64,000 bases of DNA from the human T2T-CHM13v2.0 reference genome, Homo sapiens. The stretch lies in assembly GCF_009914755.1 (NCBI RefSeq), contig NC_060925.1. One strand, 5' to 3'. Position numbers and translations under genes: made by a program. Below are positions 14,640 to 28,178 of the stretch, one piece after another (positions within the stretch are counted from its first letter, which is position 1; each line of letters starts with the position of its first letter). Under the pieces are notes generated by a model. The model did not search any database. It was not told the DNA's origin and worked only from the letters and a program-made list of their open reading frames with translations.

Positions 14640-14870
14640 TGATTAGTAACCGCAGCTTCAATGGACTGAGCATTTATGATGTGTCAAGCATGGTGTTAAG
14701 CATTTTCAGTTTGTTATATCATTTGGCCCTCATAACAGTACTGAGGTAAGTATATTACTTATCCTCATGTTATGGGTGACGAAACTGAGGCTTGCGGAGG
14801 TTGAGATTTTGCTCAAGGACACAAAGCCAGGAAGTGGCAGAGCCAAACCCAAAACCGTATCCATCTGTAC
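14640..14870 (-). mobile_element. MIR
   Basis: gaaactgaggctt core and flanks. Confidence 0.75.
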
Positions 14871-15349
14871 CATGCCCTCTCCCCTTGCCCACCCTTTTCC
14901 CATATGCGCCAGTCACCTGCAAAGAGCAGGAACCATGGAACCACCATACCGTTTCTAATCTCCAAGCCTTTGAGTATTATTGCTTCTGAGAGGCCACACT
15001 TCCCAATTTTCATCCAGTCGACTCCTATTTGTCTTTCAGAACGCGTTTGGAGTCAACCTTCCAGGAAAGTTCTCTAAATTGCCCCTCTCTAAGGTTTGAT
15101 GCCTCATCTCTGGATTTGCTTAGCCCTGGACATAGACTCCCTCTCTCCCAGCACCTGTCCCACTGTGCCATGCAGTCATGAGCTGCTCAAGGTCATGGAT
15201 CATTTTATATTCAACTCTGCAGCTCCAGAGCCTCGTAGGGTACTTACTAGCAGCAGGCATCACATCACTGTGTTGGCTGACTGAACAAATGCAAGAGAAA
15301 GAGAACTGAAGTTAAGGACTTATTCTAGGATGGTCTCTCTGGAGCTAGA

Positions 15350-15540
15350 GATGCCTGAATTCAAGTCCTGACTCCACCTCTTATCAACTGGCCAATTTAT
15401 TTAACCTCTCTAAGCCTCAGTGTCTCGTCTATAAAATAAAGGCTAACAGTAGCATCTAGCTCTAAAGTCTCTTCTGAGAGTTTAGATTTTGCAGCTTAGC
15501 TCGGTAAGTGACACATATGTTAATAAATGTTAGTTACTAG
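15350..15540 (+). mobile_element. MIR
   Basis: ttaacctctctaagcctcagtgtctcgtctataaaat. Confidence 0.75.
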
Positions 15541-16089
15541 TAATAAAGTATAGGCCAAAGCCAATCCTCTTATAATAAACCACTTTGCCCTTGGTTCCCA
15601 GCTTTGCTTTTTCCTCCAATCCCAAGGCTTTGAGCAAGTACAAAGTCACTCCTCTTACAATGAGGCAATGGGGTGGTGGAATCACTTCGTCAACCAACCC
15701 AAGTCCCTTCCAGAGCTAGATATTTAAGGATCCTTTAGGTTTTTCCACAAAGTTACAAGGGGGAAATGTTTCACATATAACCTTGAAATAAATCTTTTCT
15801 CCCAAAATAAGCATTTCCCTGGGAATTGATACCCCAGCTGAGAATAAAGCAGCTGTTGCTGTTAACATTTACCTCTGACAGAGCACTATTAATTGTATCA
15901 TGTTGATCATCAGATCACAGTAAAACTGTATAGTTAAAAATCATATTGTTTCATGTCATATTCAACAAAGCATCTTTGGCTATAAATAGGACAAACGAGT
16001 GTCTCTCATTGTGTATGCATAAATGAGAATACTGTGGAAGATGTTAGAATTCACAGTTATATTTGTGTTCCTTTAAGAAACACAAATTG

Positions 16090-16670
<581 letters not shown>

Positions 16671-16903
16671 TTAAATTATATTTTCTTTAATATGATTTTT
16701 AAATCCATAGATGATAGTAATGATGTAGGACTGAGAATGGTCTGGTAAAACTCTAAACCCAAACTTCATTTTATATGCTCTCACAATGCTGCAATGTAAT
16801 GTTAGTTCACAGGTAAAACTGCTGTGTATGAGCTCTATCTACAGCGGCTGTGGGCTGCCTGTTCTGCCAGGGTATTCCAACTTTTATTCACTGGTCGATA
16901 AAG

Positions 16904-17212
16904 CAGAGGTCCCCAACCTTTTTGACACTAGGGACTGGTTTGAAGGAAGACAATCCTTCCACAAATGGGAGTGGGGAGCGATGGTTTTGGAATAAAACCG
17001 TTGGACCTCAGATCATCAGACATGAGTTAAATTCTCATAAGGAGTGTGCAATCTAGATCCCTGGCTTGAGCTGTTCACGATAGGGTTCCTTCTCCTATGA
17101 GAATCAACTGCTGCTGTGGATCCAACAGGAGGCAGAGCTCAGGCGGTACTCACCTCCTCCTGTGATGCCAGTTCCTAACAGGCCAGGGACTGGTACTGGT
17201 CTGGGACCCCTG
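16904..17212 (-). mobile_element. MER1B (hAT-Charlie) non-autonomous DNA transposon
   Basis: Termini CAGAGGTCCCCAA...GGGACCCCTG, 8-bp TSD CGATAAAG/TGATAAAG, and internal sequence matching recalled MER1B. Confidence 0.88.
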
Positions 17213-18151
17213 TGATAAAGCACAACTGGATGGCCCTCTAGGCTTACAATGAAAAACTGCAGCACTTAGAAAGCTGGATTTGGAAGGAGACTAAAGGACA
17301 AGACAGGAACACAAGACTTGGGGAAATCTTTCCCCAAGTCTAGTTCATCTGGGTCACCTGCCAGAGCAAACGTCCACCTGCTTCCTTCCATTCTTTTCTT
17401 TTCTATCCTCCCCCTCAAAAGCAGTTTAGTTACTACACTCGATCTTGGTTTAAAGACCCAGGTGTCATATCTCACAAATACAGCACTTACAGTCACATCT
17501 AGATTACTCAGTCTATTCTTAAACCCTGACTTGTCGCTTCCATTTTCAGGCTGCCCATCCTCATTTCAAATAGAGGATTTTCTTTTTCTACTCCATTCTC
17601 TACTTATTTCCATTTTGGGATGAGATTTTATTTTAAAATATGATATTCATTAATTCATTTAATGAAGACACATTTACTAAAGGAACCTATCAAATGCAGG
17701 ATACTGTGTTTAAAAAAAAAAAGAAAAAGAAAAACTTCGGGAGAATATAATAATGAGTAAAAGATCATCCCTGCCCCCCAAAAGGCAGAAGAAATAAGCA
17801 GACATGTCCACAACCATGTAGCTATCACTTAGGAGATAGATGGCCCCTAGGAAAATCAGTTTGGGCCTCTGGCATCTGCAGATTCAGCATCTGTAAATTC
17901 AACCCCAAAGGTCCATAAATAATGAGTTACAAACCTGTAGAGACACACATATAACACTGATTTAATTTTAATGGCACAATTCATTTAAATGCCTTTATAA
18001 ATAATTTTAGCTTTGCATGACCCTAAGGAGAATCAGATTAAAGTTTTGTGTATACGTTGGGACATTTGATGATGACAGAGTGTAACAATGGTATCATCAA
18101 ATGAGGCATTCCTTGCTGGTGCCGCATGCCTGGCTACAAAGAATGTGTTGT

Positions 18152-18443
18152 CGGCCGGGCATGGTGGCTCAGACCTGTAATCCAAGCCCTTTGGGAGGCC
18201 ATGGCAGGTGGATCACTTGAGGCCAGGAGTTTGATACCAGCCTGGCCAACATGGCAAAACCCCGTCTCGATTAAAGATACAAAAATTAGCTGGGGGTGGT
18301 GGTGCATGCCTGTAATCCTAGCTACCCAGGAGGCTGAGGCACGAGAATTGCAAGGCAGAGGTTGCAGCGAGCCAAGATCACACTACAGCATTCCAGCCCG
18401 GGCAAGAGAACAAGAATCTGTCTCAAAGAAAAAAAAAAAAAAA
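18152..18443 (+). mobile_element. AluS with a small right-arm deletion
   Basis: Dimer plus A tail. Confidence 0.9.
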
Positions 18444-18851
18444 AGAATGCGGCAGAATTCACAACACATAGCAGGAGGGTATGAGGGTATGAGAAAGGTG
18501 CCATTAAGGAAACTGAGCTAAGGCTTTATTTATGTCTAGCAGGATTCCAACAGGCAGTGGTGGTGACTGTTTTCAGAGGGGGGATGATCATTCCCAGTGT
18601 TTCTAATTCCTAAGTGGGAAAGCAAGACATGTTTGGAGGTCAGAAGGCCCAAATTGGGCTGGCTGCAGGGCAGAGGGGTCCTGGGTGCGAGGAAGCCTCA
18701 GAACGGACTGCCTACGAGGTTCTGACTGGGGACAGCTGCAAGTGAAGCCAATGGTCAGAGTGATGGCCTGGGCGATGTGTTGGAAACAGGAACTTCTGAT
18801 CAAGAACCTGCAGGTGGAAGGGCTCCAAGAGATGAAAAAGAAGTGAATCAG

Positions 18852-19078
18852 TTTCTTGGGGAACCTCCAAGCTGTTCCTCCACGGTGGTTGTACTAATTT
18901 ACATTCCCACCAACCATGTACAAGACAGCACAAAGGATAAATCCTTGAGGGGATGGGTACCCCATTTTCCATGATGTGATTATTATGTATTATATGCCTG
19001 TATCAAAATAGCTCATGTGCTCCATAAGTATATATACTTACTATGTACCCACAAAAATTAAAAATAAAAAAGTATTAA
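18852..19078. mobile_element. L1MA (L1MA1-3-like) insertion with inverted 5' segment
   Basis: Antisense ORF2 3' fragment at 18852-~18925, then a sense L1MA 3' end (ctatgtacccacaaaaattaaaaataaaaa). 17-bp TSD at 18835-18851 and 19079-19095 (15/17 identical). Confidence 0.8.
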
Positions 19079-19397
19079 AAAAAGAAATGAATTAGGCAAT
19101 CAATAAAGAGTCATCACATTCCAATGAATTAGGAGAGATGGCGAGAGAGCAAAACAGGAAATTGATCTTTTATACATAACTGTAATCTATTCAGAGACAC
19201 AGTGGGATCAGTGACAATGATACATGCTAACATACTGACCCAGGTTAAACACACTTTATATGCAAGACTCGTATATATAATGTCACACATATATGGTCAA
19301 GATTTCAAATGTGAAATGACAGAATGATTACACTAGTTAAGATCTTTCACAGAACATATTCTTGTTGGCATCTATCAAAAAAAAGTAAGAACAACTT

Positions 19398-19459
19398 CTG
19401 CACCTGTACCCCAGAACTTAAAATTTAAAAAATTTAAAAATACAAATAAGTTTTTTAAA
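19398..19459 (+). mobile_element. Ultra-short L1PA 3'-terminal insertion
   Basis: ctgcacctgtaccccagaacttaaaa matches the L1PA terminus. TSD AAGAAC(A/C)ACTTCT at 19387-19399 and 19460-19472. Confidence 0.6.
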
Positions 19460-19568
19460 AAGAACCACTTCTAAAGGTGTAGCACTCAATTTACGTGGAC
19501 ACATCAAAGAAAGAGAACCAAAGAAATCACTGGCAGCACTCCACAAGTGTCCTCTCTCCCGTCCTTAG

Positions 19569-19888
<320 letters not shown>

Positions 19889-20689
19889 CCTCTTCTCTCT
19901 TTCTTACCTCACTCCTTGTACCAGTCATCTTGTTGTCAGCCCTATCACACAGGCTAATGTTCCCCAAGCTTAGAGAGGTTGGCGATTCCTACCATATAAG
20001 AATACACTTTAATGCTTTTTGGTCAAAATAGGAACAAGCCCTGGATGTACTTCTTTTTACCCTGCCAAGTTAGCCAACTTTAACTTTATGCTCTGTTGTG
20101 GTGCATTGTTATTGTGTTGCCTTGTCATCTAACATTAAGCTCTTTTTTTGCAAGGGTAGAAAGAGATGACACGGAATTGGTCATATAAATGAAGCTTTGC
20201 ATGAACAAAGCAGGGAGAACTAAAGCTAACAAAATGTTTGGACGTCTAAAGGAAGAGTGGCCTCTCCTGATGTTTCTAAGACTGAGTTACCACTACACTA
20301 CTGAATGGAAGGGAGAGAAGGGGGAAGAGCAGTTGTGTTCCTTGACAATATTCAAGGAAAAGGAAGACCAAAGTATAATTAGAAACACTGACCACATGTC
20401 ATCTTCACCACAAGTGAACCTGAGGGAAGGAGATGCCTGAAAGACCTGGAATTCTTCTTGCTTGACTCATGAAACTCAACAGGTCTTAGAGATGACTGCA
20501 CAATAAAATCACTTTGGACCTAGAAGCAACTGTCTGAGAACTGGGACCAGCATTAGTGGTGAGATGTATTTTCTCCTCTCTCAGCATCATCCCAGAAAGG
20601 GACACACAGAGTTACTCATTAAGGTGAAAAAATCTAAAGACACTATACTAGTGAAAAGCTTGGGATCTGAAGAAAGAGCACTGAATTTC

Positions 20690-20890
20690 AATACTATGTT
20701 TGAATTTCAGCCAACTGTAAAATCTTTGGCATACTATTTAAACTCTCTGAGCGTTGGTTCCCTCATCTGTAAGATGAAAACAGTAACTACATGTCACGGC
20801 GTCAGTGAAAAGATTAAATAAGATAATGTATATAAAGCACTATCAGAGTCCCTGGCCCAGATAACAATGCCTAATAATTACCTATTACTG
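20690..20890 (+). mobile_element. MIR
   Basis: cctcatctgtaagatg...agattaaataagataatgtatataaagcac. Confidence 0.75.
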
Positions 20891-21066
20891 TAGCTATTAC
20901 AAGTAGGGGGACAGTGGTTTAAAAATCAACACTGAAGGAATAAAAAGGACATGTGAAAGATGACACCAAAACCAAAATTTAATTCAAATCTTCTGAAGCA
21001 AACTAAGTACCATTAAGGAGAGGAATAACAATTGGTCAGAAAATCTGCAGTAATTCAAGAGTCTAA

Positions 21067-21618
<552 letters not shown>

Positions 21619-22529
21619 TAATTTGCTCAGTAATTTTCCATTTCAGTTTTGTGCTCACAGATTTAGAAACGTACTTCATTTCCTAACAAAAATACTTTTG
21701 CTCTGCAGTATTTATTGCTTCTGCATAACTAGATCCCAGTGAACAGGTGAGAGAGGTATCCAAGAGGAAATGTGGAATAATAGTGTGCAAAGTGTTCTAG
21801 AGCAGAAGGTCACACTGCGGAACATACTTTATAACTGTAACAGGATACGGCTTAGCCCAGTGTTAGGCTTAGCCCAGCTCTGTCAAGGGGAGTTCAGCCA
21901 AGGTCCTCAGGGGCAAGGAATTCTAGTTATACTGCACACTGACCTCACTCATGACCCATACCAACTCACTGAAACCCCTCGGGGAAAATGAGTTACTAGT
22001 ACCTGCCCTGCTCCCCAAACTTCCAATGGAATAGCAAATTGTGGGTTTTCTGTTTCTTGTTTTCAGCAGCACCTTTATTTTCAAATGAAATATTACAGAT
22101 AAAAGCAGAACTGATTTGATGATACCTGTATATTCTTTTTAAACACTCCTTACCCCCTACCCAAGTGCTGGGATCCCTAAGGGACCAGAGAACACTATTA
22201 GAAACTAAGTGACAGCTGGAGAGAGATTTTTAAAGTCCTAAAGAACAATTTATCCATAATCTGAATTTCTATGATTCAGTTTTAATATCTAATTTGATCT
22301 ATATTCCACAGAACTGCTTTGGTAAGTTATAAAAATCCTATATAAAAATATATCAATTTTCATGATTAAACTACAAAGGAAAAGAAATAAAGTTCAATCA
22401 TTCCTTCAGTCTAGCTCAGTCTTTGTAAGAAAACAAAATCATAAAAGTGCTAGAAAAAAAACATAAGAAAATACATTTTTAAATTGGAGGGTCTTTGTAA
22501 ATAAGATCCAAAACTGAGAGACCATACAG

Positions 22530-23330
22530 ATTTTATTAAATAAATTAAAACTCCTGTATGGCTCAAGACAACAAGAAATAAGTTAGCAAACAACAACCTG
22601 GTCTCCAGAAATTGAGCTCTATTGGGGCAGCGGTGGGGGGTCGGGGGGAAGAAATAAAGAAAGAAAACAACAACCTGGAGGAAAATACTTGCAACATATG
22701 TAACAGACAAAAAAAGTTAGTATCAAAGAAATCTCAATAATCGATCAGAAACTAGAAAAATGGAAAATTTATAGCTGAAAGACACACAGCTAAGAAGCAT
22801 ATGAAGACATTCAACCTCACCATCAGGAAAATGTAAATTAAACATGCACAAGAGGCAATGTTTTTAATCTATCAAGTTAAAAAAATTAAAGAGATCATTT
22901 TCAGAGCTGATGAGGATAGTGAGGCTATTTATTGGCATACACACAGGTAAAACATTTTTAAGCAGAAATTTGGCATTATCCATCAAAATTTAAGTGTGTA
23001 TAGCATTTAGCCCAGTCATTCCACTTTTAATCTATGCTACAAGCTTCTACATACATCTATGAAAAAGGATGTCACTTTTGCATTATTTATAATACAGAAA
23101 ACATGATATCACTGGAAGCCTATGGGACCTGGTGCAAAGGTACAAACATTTATAAGAACTAGAATGATCTATACTTACTCCTGAGACAGGCAGCTTACCA
23201 TATATTACCGAGTGGCAAAAGCAAATGCAGCATTATGCATAGTATAATTTTGTTTCTAATTTCTTTTTTCAAAACTTTCTCTACATTTCATATTATGTAT
23301 ATATACATGCATAGGAAAAGTTCTGTGAGG
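22530..23330 (+). mobile_element. L1ME-type ORF2/3' relic
   Basis: aaatacttgcaacatatgtaacagacaaa, attcaacctcac, cccagtcattccacttt. Confidence 0.6.
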
Positions 23331-24339
23331 AAACAGCCCAAGCCATCAGCTATTCTTAGGGGGAAAAAAAAGGAAAATATAAAACTATATCAGCATGTTG
23401 CTGTCAATTTCATTAGAAACACACATGAGAGAGAGAGAGAAACACAATGAGAGAGAAAAGGACAAAAGAAATGATGGCCATGAGTACTCATAGCTGATAG
23501 GGTTCTGGGTGATTTTTATTTTCTGCTTTATAAAATGTTTTATATTTCTTATATTTTCTATAATGATCATTATTACTTTTATATTCAGAAAAATAATACA
23601 AGTTATGCTTAAAATATTATAACAAAGTACTGGGGGAAGTATTTCTTATTTAAAACTAAGAAAACAGTATCTACTGAATGTTATTGTTTCTGTCCCTAGA
23701 GCTAGATAAAAATCACAGGGCAAAGCCAAGAGTTAAGCTCCTCCTTGCTCTTTCCCTTCTAACGCTGTGAGTCTCCTAACATGGCACACAAACATGATAC
23801 TGTAGAGATTCATTCTAATAAAAGCATATCACTGAGTACAGGCTCTGCTATCCCAGGTCAATAAGAGCTGGAATAATTGTGGAAGGTTTCATGGAAGAAG
23901 GCAAGACTCAGTTGGATCTTAAATAATTCAGAGGGATGTAAGAGAGAAAGGGCAAGAAACTAAAAGTTCCTCAGATTACCTTATTATCCATATTTTTTCA
24001 ACCTAATAGCTCTCAATGTTTGAAAACTGCCACATAAACTTACCTAGCCTCCAAAAAGAGAATCAAATATGATTACTCAATAATATATGGAAACATATCC
24101 AAATATGCATATATACTTAACATATTATTCTAAAGATGCATATTTAAAAATTCTCAATTTCCCATCCACAAGAAAATGTGTTCAAAGCCAATAGTCTACA
24201 CGGCACCACAATATATTGCTGATAATTTGGTATAATTTCCATGGCAAACAATTTGGCCATATAAATTAAAATTTAAAATACCCATATGCCCATACCCTTT
24301 AAAATTTTTTTTTCCTGCGAGATCCTTGTTCTGATTTAA

Positions 24340-24617
24340 GAGATAGGGTCTCACTCTGTTGCCCAAGCTGGAGTACAGTGGTGTGATCATAGCTTATAAC
24401 AGCCTTGACCTCCTGGACTCAAGTCATCCTCCCACTTCAGCCTCCTGAAAAGCTACGACTACAGGTATGCGCCACCACCCTTGGCTAATTTTTTTATTTT
24501 ATAGAGACAGTCTCACTATGTTGTCCAGGCTGGCCTCAAACTCCCAGACTCAAGCCATCCTCCCACCTCTGCCTCCCAAAGTACTGGGATAAGAGATAGT
24601 AGCCATCACACCTGGCG
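24340..24617 (-). mobile_element. AluJ
   Basis: Diverged reverse dimer. Confidence 0.88.
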
Positions 24618-26740
24618 GCCCACACCCTTTGACCTAGCATTACACTAACAGGAGTTTATTCTAAGACTCATACTTGTGTGAGAAAATTCTTCGTTCACTG
24701 CAAAATCTGGAAGCAACCTAGAAACTGCACCACAGAGAGGTTATGTGGACAGTCTGTGCACGTAACAGAAAAAAATGAATGAGGAGGCTCGCTATATACT
24801 AGAATTAATGCCTGTCAAAATAAGAGACCATAGTGATATAGAACCCTAGAGAGACTGATCAGTAGAATGAGTGTGTGGAAAAAGAGGGTAGGCATATATA
24901 TATATGCTGGTATACATACAAAATATCTCTGAAGAATATATTAATAACTATCAACTATTGGCCTCTGGAAGGTGGACCAGGAGGCTGCCGAGCAGGAGTG
25001 AAATGAAAACTTCTTACTGTATGCCAAAAAGATTTGTACTTTTAAAATTTGCATCATGTTCATCTTTCAGCCATTCAAACAAAAACAAACATAATTTAAT
25101 TTTAACACATTGTATTTCTTCCCTCAAAAGAAAACTTCAAAGCTAACACTTTACATGGTAAAACTATCCATTTATGTGAATTCAGAAAGTTTGCCAGAGT
25201 TCACGTAACTGCAGTTTTTTAAATGGTTAGGCTATCAAATGAATGCTCCATAAATTTGTTATATTATTTCTAATTTAAGCATTCATTTTTTTTTAGATTG
25301 CCTAGGAGACAACTCTTAAAAAGAAAATAATACTCAGTTTTATGTCTCAAATACAGAAAGCCTCTTCACATTACAGAAAACTCAACTTCAAAAGCCATTA
25401 CATTTCCTACAGGAACTCTTACCCTCGTGACACTTCCGTGCCAGCAGGCTTGAGGAGGGGAAAGGACAAATGGTTCTACCTTCCAGAGCGTTTCAGTAAC
25501 ACTCTTGAAGCAACATCATCTAGAATGAGAAAATGTCACACATTGTCCGCAAATGTCCACAAATGTGGGACATTTTCTCATTCTAGATGATGGATCATGA
25601 TTCCAGTTTACGGCATTTTTGCTTTATATTTTATTCTAATGTATCAATAAGGATATGACCAAGAATCAAAGTTTCCAGAAAAATATTCCCCCAAATATGT
25701 AAGACATACCCACATGGGTCCATATTCTTGTATTTGTGGCAATTGTCAAAGACACCGGAAAAATAATCTTAGCAGCCTGGGACAAAGGCAGACTCTGGAC
25801 ACAAACTCTTAATTAGAAGGAGCCAGAGATCTACCCCCTTCCCTTCCTAAATAAGCTGCAATCTCAACAACATCCCATGTCAACTCAAACTTTGTTTAAA
25901 CACCCAGATTTTCCTAGTTCTTTGGATTCAACTCTCTACTTGAGAGGCTTCTTATAATCAGATCCATCTTTCCGGCAACAAAGAAAGCCACCAACACCCT
26001 CCTCCTTCAACTTGGTGAACTGACAGCTCTTTTATGGTTCCAAATACAAGTGGCTTGAGGCATCGGCTCACTGAGTGAAGTGCTGAGATTTCTCTCAAGG
26101 ACAACCTCCTAATGTTTCAGAACCACTGAGGGGCAGACAGAAACAATCAATTCACCACAGGTTTCACCAGATTTTAACCGATATAAGGCACCTTGGCTCT
26201 CACAGAAGGGGAAAAGGGGATAATCTGTTACATCCTATCTAAGGTCTTCATTAAAAAAGAAAAAAAAAATTATTGAAAGAAATCTGAAGCCAGCAAATGA
26301 CTGCCCTGACTACCCTGGAATGACAACATCTGTGGGGCATGTGGAGCCTCAGGTCCCTCATCATTAACATGAAGAAAAGGCAGATTAGCTTGGAAGGATG
26401 GCTGTGAGCATTAGAGGAAAGGTTTAAAAACATCTGGTCCTTCGTAATTATTCATTACTGCTAGAAACTATGTAAAACACTAACAATGAAAAGATTCACC
26501 ATGCCCAAGAGCAGCTTGAGAAAACTAAATATAGCAAAGATAAAAATGTATTCTTCATTGATAGGCTGTACAATTTTAAGGCAACACCAAAGTTCAAGGA
26601 ATAATGTGATAAATAGCGCAATTCGTCTCATGGAGCTGGGTAAAATGCCAAATTCGTCTTTTCATATTTTAATAATGTTACAGTGTGACTGTTATTAAGC
26701 CATGTGAGAGCTGGTTAAACACAGAAAACTTAATCCATGA

Positions 26741-27060
<320 letters not shown>

Positions 27061-27286
27061 TAAGTATTCTATGAACAATTAGGCTATAAACTCCTTCAGA
27101 GGTAACCCTATGCCTCTCTTTTTCCTGTTGAACTCCCACCTAACACTGGGCCTGGAATAATAAACAATATTTAGTGGCTCAATAAACACTAATTAAGGAA
27201 ATGAATTGGGATCACCAGGCGTAGTATAGAGAAAAACCAAGTTAAATCCATTTTTCATGGCACATAACTTCAAAAGTTATTTTTTA

Positions 27287-27589
27287 GGCCAGGTGCAGTG
27301 GCTCACGCCTGTAATCCCAGCACTTTGGGAGGCCAAGGCCGGCGGATCACAAGTTCAGGAGATCCAGACCATCCTGGCTAACACGGTGAAACCCCGTCTC
27401 TATAAAAAATACAAAAAATTAGCCAGGCATGGTGGTGGGCGCCTGTAGTCCCAGCTACTGGGGAGGCTGAGGCAGGAGAATGGCATGAACTCAGGAGGCG
27501 GAGCTTGCAGTGAGCCGAGACTGTGCCACTGCCCTCCAGCCTGGGCGACGGTGCAAGGCTCTGTCTCAAAAAAAAAAAAAAAAAAAAAA
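27287..27589 (+). mobile_element. AluY-like
   Basis: Dimer with A22 tail; TSD approximately AAAAGTTATTTTT. Confidence 0.93.
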
Positions 27590-27600
27590 GGTTATTTTTC

Positions 27601-27768
27601 AAACCACTTTATAAGGTGTGATTGACATACAAAAAGTTGCATATATTTAATGCATAGAACTGAATTTGGGAGCTCTCATAAAGATTTTTCATCCCTGGAG
27701 GGTTGTTAAATAGGTGCTTCTAAGGGGGGAAGAGGGCTGGACCCCCTATTCCACCATCCTACTGATGG
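27601..27768 (-). mobile_element. Putative L1M 5' terminus fused directly to an L1MB-type 3' terminus
   Basis: Minus strand reads catcagtaggatggtggaatagg...gagagctcccaaattcag|ttctatgcattaaatatatgcaactttttgtatgtcaatcacaccttataaagtggttt. Confidence 0.55.
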
Positions 27769-28013
27769 CGGTAGGGTCATTTTGAAAAAGTTTTACCATG
27801 ATAATTAAGAGCCTGAGATTAACAGAGAGAGATCTGTGTTCAACCCAACTCTGTTCTTTACTAGCCAAACAATGATGTGCATTTTATAAACCTGTTTTCC
27901 TATATGCAAAATAGCTTCATTGTCCTATAATACAATACAGCTCAGAGTGGTAAACAAGAAAAACATATGCAAATAGTGTGCAACACACAGCAGGTCTTGA
28001 AAAATATTTGTAA

Positions 28014-28178
<165 letters not shown>

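Noticed and set aside
21849-21876. Direct repeat GGCTTAGCCCAG x2
   Set aside because: A single short local duplication with no array structure.
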